Source of the DNA: Promethearchaeota archaeon
GTDB lineage: Archaea > Asgardarchaeota > Lokiarchaeia > Sigyniarchaeales > SOKP01
Direction: 5' to 3'
Assembly: GCA_011364975.1 (NCBI GenBank)
Contig: RDOE01000066.1
Span: forward strand, 1-17,758
Length of the DNA: 17,758 nt
The position numbers and the translations under genes were made by a program. Below, piece by piece: positions 7,399 through 14,315 of the stretch. Position 1 is the stretch's first letter, and every line of letters begins with the position of its first letter. Below the pieces are notes generated by a model. The model saw nothing but the letters and a program-made list of their open reading frames with translations, had not been told where the DNA came from and ran no database searches.

Positions 7399-7854
7399 TT
7401 AGGTTTTATTAGTAGTTTTGTCTTTTTTTGGTTTAGTTTTTTCTTTTTTCGCTTTTTCTTTTTCAGTCATTTCTTTTGTAGGCTTTTTTAGCTTAACACT
7501 ATAAATCTGTGCAATTTTCATAGGTTCAGTACATTTTTGGCAAGATTCTGTCATTTTAAAGACGTAATCTCCTTGCTTATAGTGTCTTACAGAAGTAATA
7601 TTGCATAAGCTGCATTTTATAATGGTTAGCGTTTGTCTAATTGGCTCTGCGGGTTGTTTTTGAATTTGAATTAATGTAGATCCAAAACAAATTAATGTAA
7701 AACCAATAAAGAAATTGGTAGTAGAGTCTTGTCCTCCAAGATATATAAATAAAGCTCCAATTATAATTAATGCAACTAGAAGTAAGTTCTTTAACACATT
7801 TTTAAGAGAAATCCCTTTTTCTAAAATCTCCTCGTCGTCTTCTTCATCAATCAT
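7399..7854 (-). CDS. Hypothetical membrane protein, two TM helices plus C-terminal Zn-ribbon and Lys-rich tail
   Basis: Two hydrophobic segments, CSLC...CQKC with intervening YKQGDYVFK; co-oriented with PPAT. Confidence 0.75.
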   Translation of the reverse strand: MIDEEDDEEILEKGISLKNVLKNLLLVALIIIGALFIYLGGQDSTTNFFIGFTLICFGSTLIQIQKQPAEPIRQTLTIIKCSLCNITSVRHYKQGDYVFKMTESCQKCTEPMKIAQIYSVKLKKPTKEMTEKEKAKKEKTKPKKDKTTNKT

Positions 7855-8003
7855 AAGTATCGTGTAATATTCTTATCCTTTTCTTATAATGTATACTCTA
7901 TAATAGAAAAGAATATAAGATTAAATAAATTTTGTTATTATGAAAATTTAATAGATTTAGCTTTTTAATTACTAAAATTATTTACAGAAAAGATAGGATA
8001 TAA

Positions 8004-9158
8004 ATGATTTACAATTTAATGCAGTTAGGTCAAAACCAGACCGATCCTCTTGGGTTGCTATTGAATGTGCTCTGGTTTGTCATGATTTTCATTTCTATTT
8101 TCTATGGCACTAAAATCCAGGCTTATCGTTCACAAAAGGAAGTAGAAAGTGGATTGAGTAAAATTAAGAAATGGGATGATGATTGCAAACAAATTCTACT
8201 TACTAACTTTCGTAAATTCGCAGATAAAAAAGAAACTGATAAGGATTTAATGTTAAAGTTAGAAGATGTACTTACATTTATAGCAATCACTCCAGTTGAT
8301 CTTGATCCCTATGGTATTATTCCAAAAATCGATCATATTCTTGATGTGAGAGATGACCGATTCAAGAATGAAGTTAAAACATTGGCACCTAATGTAGAGT
8401 CTGGAACGCCTGAAGCACAAAATCTTGAAAATGTCCTCGAAGCCGCCATGGCTGTAGATTATGTATACAGGTTAGTTAAACATTTCTTAATCCTTGGAAA
8501 AAAATCGAAGTCATATATCTTGCTTATGCAAATCTCTATGCAGATGTCGTTAATACTTGCGATGGCAAAAAGTTATTATCATGCTACTAAAGCATTCGCT
8601 GAAGGAAGTCCTATTGGAGATGCCCTGGGTCCGATGGTAGCTGGAAGTTTTATAAGAAATGTATCAGAAAAAGATGATATTGAAGCTTTGGAAATTGCTA
8701 AGGACACTATTGTACAAGAAGTTGATTTTGAAGGTAGAGATATATATGTTGTGCGAGCTAAAGGACCTGGAGGAACTGTTGGAAAACCAGGAACCGCCAT
8801 CAAAAAATTAATTGAAGAACATGGAGAGAAAATTACTCGAATCTTCATGATCGATGCTGGATTGAAACTTTCTGGAGATAAAACAGGGTCGATAGCAATA
8901 GGAGTTGGTGCTGCAATTGGCGGGATAGGTGTAGAAAAATTCTATATTGAAGAATCGTCTACTAATAAGGCAATTCCGATTGATGCTTTGATTTGTAGAC
9001 AATCATTAGAAGATGCAATTACTACTATGAAGCGACCAATTACTCAATCAGTCATTCCAATCGTTGAGAAAATAAAAATGGGAATAAGAAAGCGTACCGA
9101 AAAGGGCGCTAAAGTTATTATAGCTGGAATCGGCAACACCATAGGAATAGGAGTATAA
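8004..9158 (+). CDS. DUF1512 family archaeal membrane-anchored protein
   Basis: N-terminal TM; PVDLDPYGIIPKIDH, GSPIGDALGPMVA, AKGPGGTVGKPG, IDAGLKLSGDKTG, GAAIGGIGVEK, C-terminal GIGNTIGIG; 384 aa. Confidence 0.85.
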   Translation: MIYNLMQLGQNQTDPLGLLLNVLWFVMIFISIFYGTKIQAYRSQKEVESGLSKIKKWDDDCKQILLTNFRKFADKKETDKDLMLKLEDVLTFIAITPVDLDPYGIIPKIDHILDVRDDRFKNEVKTLAPNVESGTPEAQNLENVLEAAMAVDYVYRLVKHFLILGKKSKSYILLMQISMQMSLILAMAKSYYHATKAFAEGSPIGDALGPMVAGSFIRNVSEKDDIEALEIAKDTIVQEVDFEGRDIYVVRAKGPGGTVGKPGTAIKKLIEEHGEKITRIFMIDAGLKLSGDKTGSIAIGVGAAIGGIGVEKFYIEESSTNKAIPIDALICRQSLEDAITTMKRPITQSVIPIVEKIKMGIRKRTEKGAKVIIAGIGNTIGIGV

Positions 9159-9287
9159 TTTTTTTATAAATTATATAATTTTAATCTTCTTTTAAGATAT
9201 AATTCTTTATTTAGTACTTTTACTTATCATAAATATAATAATTTCATAAAAATCAATCTAAGTAATAATAGTTAGAAGGTGAAAAAT

Positions 9288-9746
9288 ATGCCAAAATTTG
9301 GAAGTAATGAATGGGCTAAAGCCTTTATGAAAGCAGTTAATGATAATCCAAATTATAAACAAGCAGCTTCTTGGTGGGAGGGTGATTTTATATTTGGTAT
9401 TGACCCAAGTGGTCCTCTTTCAAAGAAAATAAACATGTTCGTTGGGTTATATCATGGAGATTGCACAGGGGCAAAAACTTTAGCTGAAGGAGAGGAATTC
9501 GACGTTTTGAAACCTAACTCGCCACCTAGACCATTAAAGGAAGGTGAAAAAGTAGGTGTTGAATTTGTATTTTCAGGACCTTATGATAATTGGGTAAAGG
9601 TATTAAAAAAAGAACTAGACCCAATTCAAGGATTAATGGCTGGGAAATTTAAATTGGTTGGTAATATGGCTAAAGTGATGAGAGCAACCAAAGCTGCTCA
9701 AGAACTTGTTAATTCTACAACCATGGTCGAAACAGAATACTATTAA
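9288..9746 (+). CDS. SCP2 sterol/lipid-binding domain protein
   Basis: FGSNEW...VNDNPNYKQAASWWEGDF, GPYDNWVKVLKKELDPIQGLMAGKFKLVGNMAKVM is a typical SCP2 pattern. ATG 9288 preferred because AGGTGA (9277-9282) forms its RBS. Confidence 0.85.
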   Translation: MPKFGSNEWAKAFMKAVNDNPNYKQAASWWEGDFIFGIDPSGPLSKKINMFVGLYHGDCTGAKTLAEGEEFDVLKPNSPPRPLKEGEKVGVEFVFSGPYDNWVKVLKKELDPIQGLMAGKFKLVGNMAKVMRATKAAQELVNSTTMVETEYY

Positions 9747-9930
9747 TCTCTTATTATTTTTTTCTTTTCTATTTTGATAAAATAACCTCTTAAGTAATTT
9801 ATTAACTCAAGCTAAGGAGTATTTAAGATCAAACCTTAAATTTATTAAAAAAAAAATAAATATTGGACTATAGATTATATTTAATAGGTATTCTTTTATG
9901 AATATCATAAAAATAATCTAATTAAAAAAA

Positions 9931-10953
9931 ATGATAACTATGGGCTTATCCGCAAAAGAATTTTATGTAAAAGATTTAGTTATAGATGATGAGTATGGGA
10001 CGATTAGTTCTAACGCTACAATTCAAGAAGCTGCTAAAAAAATGAAAGAGCTTGGGGTACCCGATTTAGTTGTTGAAGAAGCAAACACTAAAGATGTATT
10101 AGGCGTTATTGCTGACTTTGATATTGTTCAAAACGTAGTAGCTGAAGGAAAGGATTATAAAACTGCAAATGTGACGACAGCTATGTATAAAATCACTCCT
10201 GTCAATTTGAATGATAAAGTTACTGAAGCTTTTAGACGAATGCGCGATTTACATGTGAATGTTATTCCTGTGGTCGAGGATGGGAAATTGGTAGGTGTGT
10301 GTAGTATACAAGATTGTTGGAGTTACATCCCAGACGAGAATATTGATGAGATCGGTTTAATCCCTGTTGAGAATACGAAAGCTGCAGAGTTTTGGTTCGC
10401 AAGCGTGTCATCAATTACTGCATTCATTTTGGGAATAATTTTACCTCTTGCAGGACTTGTTGGATTCTTCCTCACTAGTCAAGCGGACATTATGTCTTTA
10501 TTAGGATTAGCTGATGTTAGAGGAGGAAATCTTGTGTTTTATCTATTTGAAGCACATGCTACCGACTTTTTTGTTCCAATAATAAACTTAGCTGAGAGGA
10601 GTGGAGGAATATGGATAGCTATTGTAATTTTTAGTATTCTTCTTCTCATATTTGGATTTTTAGCATTATTTTCATTAATATATTCAAGTTTTTCTGATGC
10701 AAGACGAATAAAAACGGGTTATATCGTAAGGGTTGTTATTCCATTGTTAACAGTTTTTTTTATGATAATGGAATGGATTTTATTTTCTATAGGTTTTGCG
10801 ACTGCAAGCCAACCTGTTGATTATTCAATAGATCCTATAGGTTTCACTTTATCAATAATATCGATGATTCTTTTTATAGGCGCAATTTACCGTGATTACT
10901 TTTTCCGTCAAAAAAAATCAACTAGTGTAAAAGCTAATGAGGTGCCATTATAA
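9931..10953 (+). CDS. CBS-pair domain fused to a four-TM membrane domain
   Basis: CBS motifs ATIQEAAKKMKELGV...VLGVIADFDI and KVTEAFRRMRDLHVNVIPVVEDGKLVGVCSIQD, then four hydrophobic helices; start at 9931 or 9940. Confidence 0.85.
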   Translation: MITMGLSAKEFYVKDLVIDDEYGTISSNATIQEAAKKMKELGVPDLVVEEANTKDVLGVIADFDIVQNVVAEGKDYKTANVTTAMYKITPVNLNDKVTEAFRRMRDLHVNVIPVVEDGKLVGVCSIQDCWSYIPDENIDEIGLIPVENTKAAEFWFASVSSITAFILGIILPLAGLVGFFLTSQADIMSLLGLADVRGGNLVFYLFEAHATDFFVPIINLAERSGGIWIAIVIFSILLLIFGFLALFSLIYSSFSDARRIKTGYIVRVVIPLLTVFFMIMEWILFSIGFATASQPVDYSIDPIGFTLSIISMILFIGAIYRDYFFRQKKSTSVKANEVPL

Positions 10954-10955
10954 AG

Positions 10956-12485
10956 ATGCCTAGAGGCGGTGGCGGTGGATCTCGAGGCGGTGGCGGAGGA
11001 TTTCGAGGTGGTGGCGGAGGATTCAGAGGAGGCGGAATGGGTGGAGGCTTCCGAGGTGGAGGATTTAGAGGTTCCCCCGCAAGCTTTCGAATGGGTGGTG
11101 CTCGACCAGGAGGTATGCCTTTTGGAAGGACTGGAGCAACAAGAATAGTATCTCGATCCCCTAGTGGCCCTTATCGCCACAGTTATTATCGCCCACATCG
11201 CAGTTATTATGGCCGATATGGGTACTATGGTTGGAGGTATAGACCATATTGGTGGGGATATAGGCCTTGGTATTGGAGATGGTGGTATTCTCCTTGGTGG
11301 TCGGGGTATTATTATCGGCCATGGTATTATAGTCCTGCCTATATTGGGGGTGGCGTAATCTTTGCTATCCTATTAGGATTAATCCTATTACCATTGTTTG
11401 GTATAGCACTTTGGTTTCCATTCTCCAATGCAGATACAAATGGAAATGTTAACTATCGCTCTACAGAGACTCTTTATTTTAATGAATACTGGTATGAGAA
11501 AGAATACATTCAAACAGGAAATGAGATTACCTTTAGTGTACAATCGAGTCTTAGTCCTATTGGTTTTGCTATTTGGGATGAACCATTTGAAAACCTACCT
11601 TTGACAACTGTAAGTGAAGGACCATTTTCAGAAATACTTATCTTAGCTGAAAATCAGTATGAGTATTTTTCAGTATTTTTAAAGCCAGGATCTTCAATTA
11701 CGTATAATTTTAATGCAAGTTTATTCGTAGACTTTTTCATTGCTAATGGAAATCAATTGTATCAATGGAATGAAGGATATACTACGTCTTTTTATGAATT
11801 TGAGACGACTAATTCCTCCTCTGGAACATTTAATGTGCTTTCTGAAGCTCAAGATTATTATCTTGTTTGGTATAATGAAAATATAACAACTGCTAATGTT
11901 GATATTAGTTACAGTTTTTCAGCTGTAAATGTGATTGATTTAAGCGTAGCTGATTATTCCGTACTTAATACATACGCAGTTTCCGAGGATACGTTCGCAG
12001 TCCCTCAATCTGGTGAATGGTATTTCTTTATTTATTTCGATCCTCTCTACTCTCCTTATGAGACTACATCTATTACTTTTGATGTAACTTATGATTCGGG
12101 TTTAACTTCTACAGATCGATGGATAGATATTCAACCAATTTTGATAACAATCTTAGTCATTATAGTATTTATTCTAATTGCTGCGGTGATTGCACGACGA
12201 GGACAAAAAAAGATTAAGGAAAAACATCCCGATGCCTATGCTCCAAAAGACCAAATTACAACGCAGCCTTCAACTGAACAACCTTCTAAATGTATAAATT
12301 GCGGTACAACTCTTAGACCTGATGCCAATTTCTGTCCTAACTGTGGCACTAAGAAAGAAGGAAGAAAAATTGGAGAATCACCGGTTACCACACCACCTCA
12401 ATCTAAAATTTGCTCCTATTGCGGAAGTGAATTAACTCAATCTGACAAATTTTGTAAATGGTGTGGTACAAAAATAGAACAATAA
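10956..12485 (+). CDS. Two-TM protein: N-terminal RGG and Tyr/Trp/Arg-rich low-complexity region, beta-rich ectodomain, C-terminal double zinc ribbon
   Basis: Residues 1-40 (G)nFR repeats; 73-129 Y/W/R/P-rich; TM ~134-154; ectodomain ~161-380 with NAS/NSS/NIT sequons; TM ~395-413; CINC..CPNC and CSYC..CKWC. Starts 2 nt after the CBS gene stop. Confidence 0.85.
   Translation: MPRGGGGGSRGGGGGFRGGGGGFRGGGMGGGFRGGGFRGSPASFRMGGARPGGMPFGRTGATRIVSRSPSGPYRHSYYRPHRSYYGRYGYYGWRYRPYWWGYRPWYWRWWYSPWWSGYYYRPWYYSPAYIGGGVIFAILLGLILLPLFGIALWFPFSNADTNGNVNYRSTETLYFNEYWYEKEYIQTGNEITFSVQSSLSPIGFAIWDEPFENLPLTTVSEGPFSEILILAENQYEYFSVFLKPGSSITYNFNASLFVDFFIANGNQLYQWNEGYTTSFYEFETTNSSSGTFNVLSEAQDYYLVWYNENITTANVDISYSFSAVNVIDLSVADYSVLNTYAVSEDTFAVPQSGEWYFFIYFDPLYSPYETTSITFDVTYDSGLTSTDRWIDIQPILITILVIIVFILIAAVIARRGQKKIKEKHPDAYAPKDQITTQPSTEQPSKCINCGTTLRPDANFCPNCGTKKEGRKIGESPVTTPPQSKICSYCGSELTQSDKFCKWCGTKIEQ
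10965..11072 (+). repeat. Coding tandem repeat, 21-nt unit encoding GGGGG(F/S)R
   Basis: ggcggtggcggtggatctcga / ggcggtggcggaggatttcga / ggtggtggcggaggattcaga, then shorter degenerate GGGFR units. Confidence 0.85.
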
Positions 12486-12575
12486 ATCATCTTATTTCAA
12501 AATCCAAATTCTTAAATTTTTACTTTTTTTTCTTTATTTTATAGCTCGTTAAATGCCTATGATAGATTTATAATT

Positions 12576-13268
12576 ATGTTAAATGAATTTTTAAATTTAT
12601 ATGTTAAAAGAAGGATAATAGTCTTATTCTGGTATATAATACTTATGAATTTGGTTTTTTTACTTGGAATTTTACTTGATCTTTTAGCAAATGTTAACTT
12701 TAGCATTATTTTAGCTATAAATGTAATTATAATTGCTATTTTCTTTTTAAATATAGAGATAAAGCAAAAAAAAGTCTGCATTATTTTAGATACCATTACA
12801 CTACAAGAATTATACTTAGAAGAACAACAAAAACATCCAATTAAAGGCAGAAAGTTAACAAAACTTTATAAAAAATGGTTATTGACTTATGCAATGAATA
12901 ATAATATTGATATTCGTTATAATCCTTCTTTTTATGAAAGTTTTCATAGCTTATGTTTTTACTGTTGCTGTAATCTTTTTCCTATTTTGATTATTGGGAT
13001 GATTTCCATAATCTATTTATCTGTTTTTCATGCTTGGGTAATAATATTAATTTTTAGCGTTCTTTCTATCACTTTTTATTTTTTAATGGAAAGACGCTCT
13101 AATATGCTTAAATATAAAACGCTTGATTCTGAAATTAAAAGAATAATTTTTGAGGAAGAAACAGGTTATATGCCTATTCACAAAACTAAATTAACCTTTA
13201 AATATAGAGCATGGTTAATTATGAATGAAAGGAAACAAACAAAATCAGTTTTCGTAAACAACATATGA
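12576..13268 (+). CDS. Hypothetical membrane protein (about four TM helices)
   Basis: 230-aa ORF filling the gap between neighbouring genes, two pairs of hydrophobic helices, very AT-rich; no recognisable family; start uncertain. Confidence 0.55.
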   Translation: MLNEFLNLYVKRRIIVLFWYIILMNLVFLLGILLDLLANVNFSIILAINVIIIAIFFLNIEIKQKKVCIILDTITLQELYLEEQQKHPIKGRKLTKLYKKWLLTYAMNNNIDIRYNPSFYESFHSLCFYCCCNLFPILIIGMISIIYLSVFHAWVIILIFSVLSITFYFLMERRSNMLKYKTLDSEIKRIIFEEETGYMPIHKTKLTFKYRAWLIMNERKQTKSVFVNNI

Positions 13269-13344
13269 TATAAATCATTTTCTTAATTTGATCTATTTAA
13301 TTATTTTTTAATACTTTCAATTACCTTTTTAAAAGTTAATAAGG

Positions 13345-14148
13345 ATGAATAAAAAAAATGAAAAATTAGCTCAGCTAGCAAATAAACTTGTCTTCTTTTT
13401 TGATCTAGATGGAACAATTTATCTAGGAAATCAATTGTTTGATGGGGTTCTTGAATTAATAAGAATTTTAAAAAAAAGCGAGAAAAGTTTTTACTTTCTT
13501 TCAAATAATTCAAGTAAATCGACCAATGATTATCTAAGAAAGTTAAATGAGTTGAATCTTAATATCACAAGAGAAAATATAATTTTATCTCAACATCCCA
13601 CTATAGATTATTTGAATAAAAATCAATATCATGAGATTTTTTTACTAGGCACAGAATCTCTCAAAAAGGAATTTAGAAGTGAAGGTTTTATTCTCACAGA
13701 AGATAATCCTGAGGTTATCGTATTAGCGTTTGATAAAGACTTAACCTATGATCGCTTAAAAACAGCATCTCTCTTACTTCAAGAAGGGATTCCTTATATT
13801 GCTACTCATTTAGATGATCGTTGTCCAACTGAAAATGGATACATTCCTGATGCCGGTGGTATTGCCTCTTTACTTTACAAAGCGACAGAGCGAATGCCTA
13901 TAGTCTTGGGAAAGCCTAATAAGGAGATGCTCACTTTTAAGTTAGAAGAACTCGGGATTGATCCTAAGGATGCTGTAATTTTTGGAGATAGATTATATAC
14001 TGATATAAAAATGGGAATAGATGCCGGAGTTACAACTTGTTGTGTACTTTCCGGAGAAATATCATTAGAATTGATTGAAAAAAGCAAAGATTTTCAGCCG
14101 GATTATATAATTGATGGTATCTGGGATTTTTTAGAAATTTTGAAGTAA
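13345..14148 (+). CDS. HAD-superfamily subfamily IIA hydrolase (NagD-like phosphatase)
   Basis: Motif I FDLDGTIY, motif II LSNNS, GKP, motif IV GDRLYTDI, VLSGE, PDYII. Confidence 0.92.
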   Translation: MNKKNEKLAQLANKLVFFFDLDGTIYLGNQLFDGVLELIRILKKSEKSFYFLSNNSSKSTNDYLRKLNELNLNITRENIILSQHPTIDYLNKNQYHEIFLLGTESLKKEFRSEGFILTEDNPEVIVLAFDKDLTYDRLKTASLLLQEGIPYIATHLDDRCPTENGYIPDAGGIASLLYKATERMPIVLGKPNKEMLTFKLEELGIDPKDAVIFGDRLYTDIKMGIDAGVTTCCVLSGEISLELIEKSKDFQPDYIIDGIWDFLEILK

Positions 14149-14315
14149 TTAAAATCTCTTAAATCTCATTTCTTATAATCATAATGTAAATTTTGAATTA
14201 AAAAAGTAAAAAATATATCAGAAGTAATATTCTTTTTAGTACTTATAAATCAAATTTTATCCTTCAATCTTATTGAAATATATTTTTAGAAAATGACTAT
14301 AAATGGTTTTACAAA

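Noticed and set aside
9279-9287. GTG start for the SCP2 gene
   Set aside because: The GTG is part of the AGGTGA RBS serving ATG 9288.
10965-11072. CRISPR or non-coding repeat interpretation of the 21-nt repeat
   Set aside because: No spacers, and variation falls mostly at synonymous positions, so it is a coding repeat.
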